Below are positions 28,391-38,448 of a stretch of 54,797 nt of DNA, piece by piece (positions within the stretch are counted from its first letter, which is position 1; each line of letters opens with the position of its first letter). The notes beneath the pieces were generated by a model. The model was given only the letters and a program-made list of their open reading frames with translations. It searched no databases and was not told the origin of the DNA. Both the position numbers and the translations under genes were made by a program. The DNA comes from a virus. Its lineage: Duplodnaviria; Caudoviricetes. The stretch is from positions 1 through 54,797 of the IMG/VR virus record IMGVR_UViG_3300020599_000094. One strand, written 5' to 3'.

Positions 28391-29706
28391 TACTTGGCAC
28401 CTCCAAAGTAGGTTGCAGGATCAGGCGCGTCGGTTTCAGCCTGCGACTGCCCGGAATTGGTGCCCAACGGCGCGGGCTCGCCCAGCGACTTGTACATGGC
28501 ATCCAGAGCTTCGCCGGACAGCGCATTGGCGACGACCTCACCATGCTTCTCGGCCACGGCCTTGCGCTTGTCGGCCTCTTCGGCCTTCTGGTTCGCGGTC
28601 AGGGTGTCGGACAGCGCTTGGTGGTTGGCCTGCAGCGCCGACACGGCGTCCGTCAGGGGCTTGAGTTGTTCGGCCACGTTCGCGGCCACGGTATCGCTGG
28701 TTTCCTTGACCAATGCGGCCCGTTCTTCAGGGGTCAGAGGCATATCGCCCTCCTTATTGACTGCAGGCCGGGCCTGCGGGTTGAAAATCTTTTTGATGCT
28801 GTTGGCGACCATGGCGACCCAGGATTCCTGGCGCACGACAGGCGTGCCGGTGTCCTCGAAAGCGATCTTGCCGCCCTCAGTGGTGTATCCGTAAACCTCG
28901 GCAGCGCCGCCGTTGCGAACGATGATGGCCTGGGTATCGGTGAAATCCGCCACCCACGCATACTCGTTGTCACCGGGCGCGAATCGCTCCTTGGCGGCTC
29001 GGTCCAAGCGTTGTTCTTTCTCGCGGAAGGACTCGCCCACCAGGGCGCCGGAGTTCGCCTGTAAGGGCTTGGCCTGGTCGGCGTTGACCATGAGGCCTAC
29101 GCCCTGTTCTGGCGTGGCCGCACCGGCTTCGTGTAGGAGGATGGCGTCGTGGTCCATTTCGTGGATCTTGGCGACCCAGTTGGCCCCCGCTGCCTTCTGC
29201 TCTTCGTTGGGCTCCAGCTCTTCGAGGAACACGGCCACGCTGGTGTGGATCGGTGGTACGTCGTCTTCACGCGCCAGGGCCTCGACGCGTTCCAGCAGTT
29301 CCCGGCCTTCTTCAGTGCGCTTGGCCACCTCCACATCCACCCACTTTTCCAGGTAGATGCGGTTGCCTGACTTCTTGACGTTCCTGTTGTAGGCACCATG
29401 GTGTCCGACATTGATGCCTTCAGGACTGAACGCAGATACGAACTTGCCGTCAACCGTCGGATGGCCCAATGGGGCAAGGGTTCCTTCCAGCCCCTGATAG
29501 TGCGCGTCGATCTCACTGGCAGGGTACAGGCCGCCGTTCATGATCACGTTCGCCGGCAGGGTGTAACTGGGCAGTACCCAATGCTCGCGCCCGTTGTGCG
29601 TCACTTTGCGGATCTGCTTGGCGTTGACCTGGGTAGTGACGTTGACCTGGACCTGACCCGACTCGGCACGGTTGGCTCTCAGCACGATATTTCGCTTCAT
29701 GCTCAT
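28390..29706 (-). CDS. Prohead protease/scaffold (DUF2213-like)
   Basis: APLGHP, DHDAILLHEAGA, helical C-terminal scaffold. Confidence 0.75.
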   Translation of the reverse strand: MSMKRNIVLRANRAESGQVQVNVTTQVNAKQIRKVTHNGREHWVLPSYTLPANVIMNGGLYPASEIDAHYQGLEGTLAPLGHPTVDGKFVSAFSPEGINVGHHGAYNRNVKKSGNRIYLEKWVDVEVAKRTEEGRELLERVEALAREDDVPPIHTSVAVFLEELEPNEEQKAAGANWVAKIHEMDHDAILLHEAGAATPEQGVGLMVNADQAKPLQANSGALVGESFREKEQRLDRAAKERFAPGDNEYAWVADFTDTQAIIVRNGGAAEVYGYTTEGGKIAFEDTGTPVVRQESWVAMVANSIKKIFNPQARPAVNKEGDMPLTPEERAALVKETSDTVAANVAEQLKPLTDAVSALQANHQALSDTLTANQKAEEADKRKAVAEKHGEVVANALSGEALDAMYKSLGEPAPLGTNSGQSQAETDAPDPATYFGGAK

Positions 29707-30629
29707 TCCTTTGCCCAGGTATAACCCCGGGCCTCCATTTTCTGTTTGGTCTGCTTGGCACGCGCCACGATTCCTGGCACGATGGGCTTGCCGTCGTCAT
29801 CGACCATGACGCTGGTGGTGCTACATTTGCAGTTCACGCTGTTCCCGTCCTTCGACCACCATTCGCGCACCTCTTCTATCGTGTAGAGCCGGCCGTGGCG
29901 TGCCGCGTGCGTGGCCCTGGTTGTCGGACTGAGCGCCGAAATGTGCATTTCTTTGGTCTTCAGGCCATACAGCTCCTGTGCCTCTTCCGTTTCATCCCAC
30001 CGAGCTCGTCGCAGCGCTGTCGTGACTTCTGACCTGGCAATCCGATGTGCGCGGCGCGACTCAATGCCGGCCTGATCGGTCAAATCCCTAGCAATCTCGC
30101 GGGGGTTTCTGCCCCGCCCTACTCCATCGGTCAGAACTCGGGCCATGTCGGCCTTCACCCCGCCTGACAGCCCCTTCATTTCCTCAAACACCCGGGCTCG
30201 TACCAGGGCCATGCGTCGCCGGTACGCTTCGCTGCGCAAGATGTTCTGCACCGACTCGCGGCCTGCTCGGTATGCCGGCGACTGCTGCGATAGGTTCGCG
30301 AAGGCCTGCGCCGTGCCCCTGGTAGCCGCTACCTCGACATATTGATCAAAGAACCATAGGTTCCCGTCCTGGTCACCGAAGATGATGTTGTCAACGGCCT
30401 GGTCCAGCTCACCCAGCAGCATCGACAGCAAGAACTGATCAAGTTGGTAGCTGTACCGGCGATTCACCGCTGGGCCTGCGGGGATACGCCCCAGTGCAGC
30501 CTTGTAGGCTTTCAGCACCTTACGCATGCGCCGGTCAAACTCCCGCATGGCGCCGCGTTCCAGTCGATCAATGCCGGTCGGATCGACGGGGTTACTCGGT
30601 AGGATCGGCGGTCTCGTCTTCGTCGCCAT
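29703..30629 (-). CDS. Minor head morphogenesis protein (SPP1 gp7/MuF-like)
   Basis: RIARSE, TRATHAARHG and NCKC motifs. Confidence 0.85.
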   Translation of the reverse strand: MATKTRPPILPSNPVDPTGIDRLERGAMREFDRRMRKVLKAYKAALGRIPAGPAVNRRYSYQLDQFLLSMLLGELDQAVDNIIFGDQDGNLWFFDQYVEVAATRGTAQAFANLSQQSPAYRAGRESVQNILRSEAYRRRMALVRARVFEEMKGLSGGVKADMARVLTDGVGRGRNPREIARDLTDQAGIESRRAHRIARSEVTTALRRARWDETEEAQELYGLKTKEMHISALSPTTRATHAARHGRLYTIEEVREWWSKDGNSVNCKCSTTSVMVDDDGKPIVPGIVARAKQTKQKMEARGYTWAKE

Positions 30630-31962
30630 CCTCGTCCTCGTCGTCCCCAGTCTCGCCCAGCGCGATTCCGCCGTTCGGGTCGTAGCCCGCCGCGGTACGG
30701 ATCTCGTCGTTGGCGAAAACTACTTCCCCAGTGGCGATGGCCGTGCTATTGATTTCGCTCATGGTCTTGGCGCTGTCCAGCTTCTCGACGGACGTCTGCT
30801 CGTTCAGGTCGTCCCACATGACGGTCTTCTCGCCCACGGGCTTCAGGACGCCAATGCGGGCCAGGTGATCTACGAAGTCCTCGATCTCGAAAGATAGATC
30901 CTTGCGGCGTGATTGGCAGCGCGTATTGAAATACTTCTGGTCCTCGGTGCTGGCCCGCTCGCCCTGCTGGTTACCCACGAGGACACGGCTCGGAATGTCC
31001 AGGGCGGCGGACACGGTCTGCAAGTTGACGTCGTAGGTGGGCCGGGGATCAGCGACGGCGGTTACCAGAGGCGTCACCGTAGCGCCCTGGGTCGGCATTA
31101 CAACGTCATTGCCGCGGTTTAGCTCGACGGCTGCTTCGTTGAACTTCTCCTGCAGCTCCTGTACGGATACGTTGTACATGCTGGCCAGGCTGTCGAAGTT
31201 GATCTCTTTGTCGAAATTGATATTCAGTTGCCGGGCGGCGTTCTTCAGGAAGGACTCGCCCGACCCGCCCTCGACCTTTTCCAGGCTCACGAAAGCGTTG
31301 TAGGCGGGCTCAAGCCACCCGATGGCGTCACCCGACCAGTCGCCCAGGATAAACACGCGATCAGGGTGAATCTTGACCCGGCGCCCAATGGTTCCGGCCT
31401 CCCTGCTCTCCTGGTACTGCCACTCGGTCGGCTGCCCGTAGGTGGGCGAATTCTCGTCAGTGTCAAATTTCGACGGCGTGAGCGCCCCGGCCCAGGCTGG
31501 CGTGACCTTGACCAGCGCCTTTCCCTTAGCGACTGGCTGGTTCCATGCCTTGCCGTCATTGACGTGCAGCAGCAGACCCGCGTACCGTCCAACGAGCCGG
31601 CGGCGATCGCCTTCGGCAAAGGCACGCCAGATTCGAGCGGAAAGTTCTTTCTTGGTGGCAGCTTCCCAGCGGGTTTCCCGCTTGGACTCGTCTAGCTCAT
31701 CGCCCTCGATCAGCCAGGGGTTTGTCTTCCAGCAGGCTCCGATGACCTTGTTCACGGCACCATGCGCCAGACCTCCGCGCCGATACAGGCCGAACAGCAT
31801 CTCATACGTGACGTCTGGCGGCCAACCATATTCAGCCCAGGCGCTGCACTTGCGCTTGTCATCCAGCCCATAGCCGCCCAGCAGCCCCATGCGGGCACGC
31901 GCAATTCTGGCGTCATTGATGGCGTGGTTCACTGCCATCGTCAGCTTGTCAGATTGCGCCAT
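30592..31962 (-). CDS. Portal protein (DUF1073-like)
   Basis: 456 aa after terL; IHPDRV, IPSRVLVGNQQGERASTED, acidic tail. Confidence 0.85.
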   Translation of the reverse strand: MAQSDKLTMAVNHAINDARIARARMGLLGGYGLDDKRKCSAWAEYGWPPDVTYEMLFGLYRRGGLAHGAVNKVIGACWKTNPWLIEGDELDESKRETRWEAATKKELSARIWRAFAEGDRRRLVGRYAGLLLHVNDGKAWNQPVAKGKALVKVTPAWAGALTPSKFDTDENSPTYGQPTEWQYQESREAGTIGRRVKIHPDRVFILGDWSGDAIGWLEPAYNAFVSLEKVEGGSGESFLKNAARQLNINFDKEINFDSLASMYNVSVQELQEKFNEAAVELNRGNDVVMPTQGATVTPLVTAVADPRPTYDVNLQTVSAALDIPSRVLVGNQQGERASTEDQKYFNTRCQSRRKDLSFEIEDFVDHLARIGVLKPVGEKTVMWDDLNEQTSVEKLDSAKTMSEINSTAIATGEVVFANDEIRTAAGYDPNGGIALGETGDDEDEDGDEDETADPTE

Positions 31963-32176
31963 GTTCTATCCGTTCCAGTAACTCGCTGCGGCCCTCTGCC
32001 GGGTGTCCGCATGGGTCTCGTACAAGCTCAACCGTCGAATGCTCTCGGCTGGCCCAGGTGCGCGTACCTTCCGGCCCTGCGTTGGCCGTGGCTACTTGTC
32101 GCGCACACGTCAGGCAGCGAGCGCGCACGAGCATGCTCACGCCGCCGTCTAGCGCGCTTACCTTGAAAATTGCCAT
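31949..32176 (-). CDS. Small CxxC protein between terL and portal
   Basis: 75 aa, abuts the terL stop and overlaps the portal start. Confidence 0.6.
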   Translation of the reverse strand: MAIFKVSALDGGVSMLVRARCLTCARQVATANAGPEGTRTWASREHSTVELVRDPCGHPAEGRSELLERIEHGAI

Positions 32177-33655
32177 TTATCGTCTGCCTTGCAGGCGCTT
32201 GGGGAGCATCACGCCCATTGGCTGTGCGCCACCCAGTTCTGTAAGCGCATAGACCATTGCATCCAGCCGGTCGGGCGATTTCTTCGCTGTTGTCGGCACG
32301 TATTCCATCAGCTGGTTTTCCAGCACGTAGAGCGCGCCGCGGTGCGAGACGCGGCCCTGCTCATAGAGCGCAGATATCGGCTCAGCTCGCGCAAACTTGC
32401 CCTTCTTGGCATGCACCCGGATGATGCGGCCTTTGAACCCGGCGTTCCTCAGCGTTTCCTCTGCCATGTCGCCACCCTGGTTCGTCTCGATGACGATGGC
32501 GTCAGCCTGGTGCTGGGTTACAGCCGTCATAGCCTTCTGTGCCCAGGCGTGAGGCTTATATGTCCCGCTGTAGTCGCCGTCTACCGAGAACTGGCGACTA
32601 TCTCCCGCCCCGTAAGCGCTCGCCGCCACAATTCCAGTTTCGTCGCTTTCCTCGTCCGCCGTGGTGGCTGGATCGATGGCAATCACCGTTCGAACCAGCT
32701 CATGCCGGATATTCAGGGCATGAGCGTTGGCAATCAGCGCCTCAGTCCACAAAGCGCCCTCAGCATTGAACCGGCGAGGCCGCTGCATGTACTGCGCTTC
32801 TGCTGTTCTGCGGTGCGAGAAGAGCGCCGTGCGATGCGATTCGTTGTGTTTGTAGGGCCAGAGCCAGCCATCAGGCAGGCCATGGTCAATCTCGATCCCG
32901 TGAGTGTTTTCCTTCGGGTATGCCTGGGTGTTGTCGATCAATACGGGCAAGCACAGATGGTGCCATTTCTCCCCCGACCCGCCGCGCAAGAGGTAGCCGC
33001 TTAGGTCGCTGTAGTGGATGCGCTGCATGATGACGATCATTGGTGTTGTCTCGAGCGCGAGCCTGGACTTAATCGTCTCGTTGAAACGATCATTCACGCC
33101 ATCGCGCACCGTTTCGCTATGCGCGTCATCAGGCTTGACCGGATCGTCAATAATCAATGCCCCCTGCCATCCGGGCTCCATATGCCCAGCCCGAAAGCCT
33201 GTCACCTGCCCGGCTGCCGATGAGGCATACACGCCGCCGCCGTGTTCCGTCCACCACATGGCCTTACTGTCGGCATCGTCCCGCAGCGACATCGGCCACA
33301 TAGACTGATAGGCCCAGGACTTAACGATATTTCGGGCCGTGCTGGAATTCAGCAGCGCCAGGTTGTGCGAATACGACAGGTGCATAAACCTGGCGCGGTT
33401 ATTCAGCGCCAGGCCGCGCCCAATCATATTGATCGTCGCCAGCTCGGTTTTGGTATACCCGGGCGGCACATTGATGATCAGGCGAGTGATCTCCCCGTCT
33501 ATCACCCGCTGCAATGTGTCCTGGATGACTTTGTGGTGGGGTGCCACAATCATCTTCGAGGTCATGCGCTGCTTAAAGAAGTAACGGGCGAAATACAGCC
33601 CATCCTCTTCACACTCTATGCGCCGGGCGAGTGTCCGTTGGTCAGCAGTCGTCAT
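32177..33655 (-). CDS. Terminase large subunit
   Basis: PPGYTKT Walker A, IIDDP Walker B, IAIDPA...DETGI and DRLDA nuclease motifs. Confidence 0.95.
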   Translation of the reverse strand: MTTADQRTLARRIECEEDGLYFARYFFKQRMTSKMIVAPHHKVIQDTLQRVIDGEITRLIINVPPGYTKTELATINMIGRGLALNNRARFMHLSYSHNLALLNSSTARNIVKSWAYQSMWPMSLRDDADSKAMWWTEHGGGVYASSAAGQVTGFRAGHMEPGWQGALIIDDPVKPDDAHSETVRDGVNDRFNETIKSRLALETTPMIVIMQRIHYSDLSGYLLRGGSGEKWHHLCLPVLIDNTQAYPKENTHGIEIDHGLPDGWLWPYKHNESHRTALFSHRRTAEAQYMQRPRRFNAEGALWTEALIANAHALNIRHELVRTVIAIDPATTADEESDETGIVAASAYGAGDSRQFSVDGDYSGTYKPHAWAQKAMTAVTQHQADAIVIETNQGGDMAEETLRNAGFKGRIIRVHAKKGKFARAEPISALYEQGRVSHRGALYVLENQLMEYVPTTAKKSPDRLDAMVYALTELGGAQPMGVMLPKRLQGRR

Positions 33656-34208
33656 CGGCCAGCATTTCCTGGCGGGCTTGCTTGTACTCTTCCTTGCTCA
33701 AGGCGGCAATTTCGACTGGCCCACCGTTCTTGCCTGTATGCTCGACGCGCTCCTTGAATGCCTGTACGCCCACATGACGCCCAAGCAGTTCCAAATTCTT
33801 CACTTTGTCGGGCCACTTGATCTTTTTCAAGATGCCGACCATTTCGCGCTCATCGCCGGAGCCCTCGAACATCTCGGCCAGATCGAAACCAGATAGGTAC
33901 TGGCGCCAGATCTTCGGCCACTCGCTGACCGGCTTGAGGCTCATGCTCTCAGTCATGATGTCGAGCACATCCATCTGGTCGATCTCGACGAGTCGATGCA
34001 ACACGTAATCAGCGTCAATCTCGACCCGTTTCGCTCTATCGGCTTGAGCCGCGTGAATGGCGGCTGCGATTTGAGGTTTTTTAAGGTTCTCGTCGCCGAT
34101 CTGACCGGCGGTTTTCTTTGAGTACCCCGCCCTGATCGCCGCTTGCGTGGCGTTCAAGTCCACTAGGTACTCTTCCACGAAGCGGCGCTGTTTTGCTGTC
34201 AGCGCCAT
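33642..34208 (-). CDS. Terminase small subunit
   Basis: LTAKQRRFVEEYLVDLNATQAAIRAGYS. Confidence 0.95.
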   Translation of the reverse strand: MALTAKQRRFVEEYLVDLNATQAAIRAGYSKKTAGQIGDENLKKPQIAAAIHAAQADRAKRVEIDADYVLHRLVEIDQMDVLDIMTESMSLKPVSEWPKIWRQYLSGFDLAEMFEGSGDEREMVGILKKIKWPDKVKNLELLGRHVGVQAFKERVEHTGKNGGPVEIAALSKEEYKQARQEMLADDDC

Positions 34209-34224
34209 TCTTGATTCCTCAATT

Positions 34225-34250
34225 AAAAAGCCCCGCACATGGCGAGGCTC
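34225..34250 (-). terminator. Terminator before the late genes (possible Q-antiterminated site)
   Basis: Minus strand AGCCTCGC-CATGT-GCGGGGCT-TTTT. Confidence 0.65.
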
Positions 34251-34255
34251 GAAAT

Positions 34256-34546
34256 TCAGGGCGCAAAAGCCCTGCCGATATTGTCGCGGTTTCTGTCGTG
34301 CTTCTCAAGAACTTGATGTCTCACTTTCCACGCGTACCGGGCAAAGCCGCCTGCCTCGGCTGCAGGCTGGATCTCTACCTGTCCATGCTCTTCTAGCGAC
34401 TTCAGCACCCGCAGCACACCCTTGTGCACTCGCTGGCGAGCTACCCCGCTGGCCTGGGGCTCAACATACCGGACAATCTCGGCCATTCGGAACTGCCGGC
34501 CAGGGTATGGAGCCAGCAGGTCGATCACCTCGTGCGCATATTTCAC
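34256..34546 (-). CDS. Putative winged-helix DNA-binding protein
   Basis: 96 aa, coupled to the Q-like gene. Confidence 0.55.
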   Translation of the reverse strand: MKYAHEVIDLLAPYPGRQFRMAEIVRYVEPQASGVARQRVHKGVLRVLKSLEEHGQVEIQPAAEAGGFARYAWKVRHQVLEKHDRNRDNIGRAFAP

Positions 34547-34899
34547 AGAAGTTGCCTCCCGACCGCATCCTTGAAGAATCCCAGGTAAAGCTTGTATTCG
34601 TGCTCAGTGAGCCATATACCAGTAACCTGCCCGATCCAGCGCCGAGCTGATTCTTGACGCGCCCTGGCGTGCAACTCCGAAAACAGGGCATTCTTTTGCG
34701 GATACTCGGCCGTGATGACCATTCCTTCGTGGTGCGGAAGTCCGCGATGCATCTCATCGACGATCTGGGCATGTTCGTGATTTATCGGGCGGGGATCGTC
34801 CTCCCAGGAGACATAAGGCGTCATGTTGCCGACCGTCTCGCCCGACCAGCACCAGCGCGCCCAGTTCCATAGGAGGTCGTCGGCGGTCATCTCGCGCAT
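34543..34899 (-). CDS. Late antiterminator Q-like protein
   Basis: DDLLWNWARW N-terminus; position upstream of terS. Confidence 0.6.
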   Translation of the reverse strand: MREMTADDLLWNWARWCWSGETVGNMTPYVSWEDDPRPINHEHAQIVDEMHRGLPHHEGMVITAEYPQKNALFSELHARARQESARRWIGQVTGIWLTEHEYKLYLGFFKDAVGRQLL

Positions 34900-35249
34900 T
34901 AACGCTTCCTCCCGTTGCCCATCATGTAATGCGTGTACTGGTTCCAGTTTCCCGTCCCGGCTGGCGTCATCATCGGCGGCTGGGCGCGCTCGATATCGGC
35001 CAGGCGTGGGTGCGGGCGTAACTCCATCTCCCGGAAAGTCGGTCGGTATGGCGCAGCAACCACATTAGCGGGCGCGTCGCTCTTGATCCCCAGGTAATCG
35101 CGCAGGATCTGAGCCGGGGTCAGCCCGCCCTTCGGATGACGTCCGATGGCCCTGCAGATATCGAGCATGACGGCGGTCGATGGCAACTTCTTGCCGGTGG
35201 TCGCGTGCAGTTTCTCGATGGCTGCTTTCTTGAGTTCGTAGCTGTTCAT
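34899..35249 (-). CDS. Hypothetical protein
   Basis: AGGAG RBS, coupled to both neighbours. Confidence 0.6.
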   Translation of the reverse strand: MNSYELKKAAIEKLHATTGKKLPSTAVMLDICRAIGRHPKGGLTPAQILRDYLGIKSDAPANVVAAPYRPTFREMELRPHPRLADIERAQPPMMTPAGTGNWNQYTHYMMGNGRKR

Positions 35250-35632
35250 TGGTTCTCCTGCTTTGCAATGAGCCTGTCCAGGTACCAACGAGCCTTTCTG
35301 AGGTCTTCGACGCCGTTCTTTTGCTTCCAGCGCCATAGGTACTTGATGGCGTTTGCCGTGCAGACAGCCTCGACGCCGGTCAAATTGACCGTGGCAGCCT
35401 CCAAGGCATCGATGCATTCGACCTTGCCGGCCGTGTAGTGGGATGGATGATTTACGGCGTCTGCCGCTTGATTGACGCTCAATTTCGCTTCCTTCTTTTT
35501 GTCGCTGCGCTTAGATGCTGTGTTGATTACGCCGTACCAGATCACAAAGGCCAGCACGATTCCGGTTCCCGTCGTCGCCCCGCCCAGGAGGTTGTTCAGT
35601 ACGGGAAGCCAGTTGATTTCGATTCCGCTCAT
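35246..35632 (-). CDS. DUF3310 family protein with N-terminal TM segment
   Basis: VNHPSHYTAGKVECID...NAIKYLWR..KNGVEDLRKARWYL. Confidence 0.85.
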   Translation of the reverse strand: MSGIEINWLPVLNNLLGGATTGTGIVLAFVIWYGVINTASKRSDKKKEAKLSVNQAADAVNHPSHYTAGKVECIDALEAATVNLTGVEAVCTANAIKYLWRWKQKNGVEDLRKARWYLDRLIAKQENQ

Positions 35633-36027
35633 ACTTCCCTCACAGTAATGCCGTGTTCCTTGAGCATCAGTTTTCTCTTGATGATGTAATCTGGCGTCCG
35701 AAAGCCTTTCGTGTCCTCGACTACGAATTGGCCGTTCTCCCGGTACATGAAGTCGCCCACGTAGACCACGGGACGCTCTGCTTTGCCGTCGGCATTGCGC
35801 TGGCTTGGGATGAGCGTGAATTTTGGCTGCAAGGTCAGGGTGTCGATGCAACCGGTGCGCTCCATTAACTTGAGCTCGCTATACCGGATCGCCTCTTTCT
35901 TTGAGTCAAACGTGATGCCATCGACTACCGTCTTTTTGTTCCGGTACTTTGGCGCCTTCTTCCGGTCGTCCAAAGCCGCGATCTGCTGCTTGATGGTGGG
36001 CGGGAATGCCAGGTCTTGCATGCTCAT
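35629..36027 (-). CDS. DUF1064 family putative endonuclease/resolvase
   Basis: KYRNKKTVVDGITFDSKKEA...YVGDF...VEDTKG. Confidence 0.85.
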   Translation of the reverse strand: MSMQDLAFPPTIKQQIAALDDRKKAPKYRNKKTVVDGITFDSKKEAIRYSELKLMERTGCIDTLTLQPKFTLIPSQRNADGKAERPVVYVGDFMYRENGQFVVEDTKGFRTPDYIIKRKLMLKEHGITVREV

Positions 36028-36257
36028 ACTCCTCTAACCTCCCTCGCGAATTTCAGACGCTCCCCTTCCAGCCAGCCGCGGCGGTTGATAGAAGTCTCGC
36101 TGTCGACGCGCTGATGCTCGCGGCATTGGCGCTCGAAATCGGCGCTCTCGAAGGAGCTCTTGCTTCTCTGCAGGTCGCAGTGGCCATATCCCTGGCGCAC
36201 CATCTTGCCGGCGTCTCGCAGGCTGAAGTGCTGGCAGTCTATGCACTGGACGGTCAT
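36024..36257 (-). CDS. Small Cys-rich protein
   Basis: CIDCQHF...GHC...C. Confidence 0.6.
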   Translation of the reverse strand: MTVQCIDCQHFSLRDAGKMVRQGYGHCDLQRSKSSFESADFERQCREHQRVDSETSINRRGWLEGERLKFAREVRGV

Positions 36258-37003
36258 GCTGCGCGCTTCCTGTAGCTGGGCCAGTCGAACACCACTAGCT
36301 TTCCTCCGCCCTCGCGCAGGCGATCGACAACGCGCTCGCCCAGGTAGCTCGTCAGCGCATCCATGGCCAGGTTGCTGATCAGGATCGTCGAACGACGGTT
36401 TTCGTAGCGGCCGTTGATGATTTCGAACAGAATCAGTTTTTCGGTATCGCTGCCGAACTGCACGCCCACCTCGTCCAGAATGAGCAGGTCCGGCTCAATC
36501 AGGTTCTGCAGCGCTTCGCGCTCGCTGATGTCGCTGTCGCGCCAGGTCTCCTTCACGCTGCGCACGGCGCCCATGACCGACATGAACAGGGCTGACCGAT
36601 AGCCGCGCATGATCTGCTTGGCAATGCCGATGGCCAGGTGCGTTTTCCCGGAACCCACGCCACCGCAAAAGATCAGGCTTACGCCTTCGTTCTCGTCGAA
36701 TGTGTCGGCGTACTGCTTGGCGATCTGCAGGGCCTTGACCTGGCCGTCCAGCTCGGTGGCGTAGTTCCCCAGACTGCGATCCTCGAACCGTGGCGGGATG
36801 GCGGCTCGGTTGAACAGGTTCTGCAGCCGGGCCCGCTCCCAGTCGGCCTGCTGCTGGCGGGTTGCCTCCTCTTGCTCGGCGCGCTGCCTTGCTTCCATGC
36901 AAGCCATGCAGCCAGTCCAGCCGTAGCGATATTTCTTGGCCACGTAGGCGCCATGCGTATCGCAGGTGCGCTCTTCGGTATCCAGCACGTCAAAAACTCC
37001 CAT
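36254..37003 (-). CDS. DnaC/IstB-like helicase loader ATPase
   Basis: CxxH/CxxC Zn site, GGVGSGKT, LLILDEVG, ISNL, RVVDRL. Confidence 0.92.
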   Translation of the reverse strand: MGVFDVLDTEERTCDTHGAYVAKKYRYGWTGCMACMEARQRAEQEEATRQQQADWERARLQNLFNRAAIPPRFEDRSLGNYATELDGQVKALQIAKQYADTFDENEGVSLIFCGGVGSGKTHLAIGIAKQIMRGYRSALFMSVMGAVRSVKETWRDSDISEREALQNLIEPDLLILDEVGVQFGSDTEKLILFEIINGRYENRRSTILISNLAMDALTSYLGERVVDRLREGGGKLVVFDWPSYRKRAA

Positions 37004-37775
37004 CTGCCCCAACCCCCGCGTGGTAGTCTTGTTGTGAGAAATTTCCATGGATAGATGCTCCTTGTGGCATAGGGACATCGGGCAGACCGTCCTCCCAGCG
37101 TCGTTGGTTCAGGTAGGTCAAGGTCGTAGGCTCGTATCCGTCCCGCCATTGGCGTGTCTTCGTCATGGCCTGCACGTGCTCGATGATTTCGTCGGTAACG
37201 GAATCGAGCTTCTTCACCTTCCAGAGGTCGCGGCATTTAGCCTTGGCTATACGCCTCGCTGTGTTCGGATAGGCAGACCAGAATTCATCAAACCCCGGGG
37301 CGGACGGTTCTATCGTCTCCGGAGCCGCGTCCGGGTCGGCATATGATGGTTCTTTGATGGTTGATGATGGTTCATGACGGTTATATGCGGGTGCAAAAGC
37401 TTTGCACCCTTTCATGTCGTCGTTTGCACCCTTTATGTCGCCAGTTGCACCCTTTTCTGCTTCGTTTTGCACCCTTTTTAGCTGCGCAAAATCTGCACCC
37501 TTTAGCCATTCGGGGTTGATTTGGTACTCATTGGGCTGGCCTCGCCCACCATTCCCCGCGCTCACCAAAATCAGCCAGCCAGCGTCCTCCATGCGGCGCA
37601 GTTGGTACTGAACGGCGCGCACTGATTGGCGCGTCTTCTCCGCCAGCGACTTAACGAACGGGAATACCTTGGATCCATCATCATGGGCATGGTCTGCCAG
37701 CGCGAGCGCCAGGATCATTTCGCCGCCGCCGTTCGGGTAGCGTTCGAAAACGGCCGTCATCACCTTGACGCTCAT
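36990..37775 (-). CDS. Replication initiator (O-like)
   Basis: LALALADHAHDDG HTH, internal iterons, FDEFWSAYP...TYLNQRRWED. Confidence 0.88.
   Translation of the reverse strand: MSVKVMTAVFERYPNGGGEMILALALADHAHDDGSKVFPFVKSLAEKTRQSVRAVQYQLRRMEDAGWLILVSAGNGGRGQPNEYQINPEWLKGADFAQLKRVQNEAEKGATGDIKGANDDMKGCKAFAPAYNRHEPSSTIKEPSYADPDAAPETIEPSAPGFDEFWSAYPNTARRIAKAKCRDLWKVKKLDSVTDEIIEHVQAMTKTRQWRDGYEPTTLTYLNQRRWEDGLPDVPMPQGASIHGNFSQQDYHAGVGADGSF
37389..37503. repeat. Replication origin iterons
   Basis: TGCACCCTTT at 37403, 37425, 37446, 37468 and 37494, plus an inverted GGGTGCA at 37389. Confidence 0.85.
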
Positions 37776-38098
37776 CTCTGCCCTCCCACAAACACCCGCA
37801 CAGGATGCCCATGCGTTCCAGGGCTGCGCGCTGGCCGGAACTCGCCCGTAGGTTTCAGAAGCCCGCGGGCAATCCCCAGGCGGCTGATCGCGCCCCACGC
37901 ATTCGGGCTGGGCGGCAGGAGGTCTTCGTGGCAGGCGACGATATGAAAGCGGAAATCCTCAAACGCGAAAGGCTCACGCTGGCGTGGCGCCCACTCTTCG
38001 AGGCAAGCTAGAACCTGCTCCGTCCAGTTCAAAGTGAAAGCCTCGGCGTGCTGCCGGGCTGTTTCGATGCCGATGTCGGCTAAGTGTTGCCCGTTCAT
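37772..38098 (-). CDS. Hypothetical protein
   Basis: Coupled ATGA overlaps; PPSPNAWGA motif. Confidence 0.65.
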   Translation of the reverse strand: MNGQHLADIGIETARQHAEAFTLNWTEQVLACLEEWAPRQREPFAFEDFRFHIVACHEDLLPPSPNAWGAISRLGIARGLLKPTGEFRPARSPGTHGHPVRVFVGGQR

Positions 38099-38448
38099 GC
38101 GACCTCCAATCCGGCGGCTTCCAGGGCCTCGGAAGGCAACTGAAAGCCGCGGTCAATGAGAATCTGGACGCTCTCGGCCAGCAAGTCGGTCTGTCGACCG
38201 TATGCGGTCTCGAAGCGTGTCTTCCAAGGGTGAACCGCAACGACTCCAGGAATGCCCGCGTCCTGATGGTGAGGGCCGCATAGGGGCAGCACTTTGAAGT
38301 GCGCCAGGGGCTTTGTGCGGCCGTCGATGTGGTGAATGCTTACGTAGCTCGTGAAGATGCCCAGCTTGGCGCAGGCGACGCAGCCTATTTCTTGGGCAAG
38401 CAGATCGTGGAAGCGCTTCTGTGCGGCGTTGGTAGAGCGGCCTTTCAT
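38095..38448 (-). CDS. Ref-like HNH nuclease (recombination enhancement function)
   Basis: GCVAC...IHHIDG...VLPLCGPHH. Confidence 0.8.
   Translation of the reverse strand: MKGRSTNAAQKRFHDLLAQEIGCVACAKLGIFTSYVSIHHIDGRTKPLAHFKVLPLCGPHHQDAGIPGVVAVHPWKTRFETAYGRQTDLLAESVQILIDRGFQLPSEALEAAGLEVA

Noticed and set aside
30592-31962. Anti-CBASS Acb1 label sometimes attached to DUF1073 proteins
   Set aside because: Size and position indicate a portal protein, and I see no paired HxT/S phosphoesterase motifs
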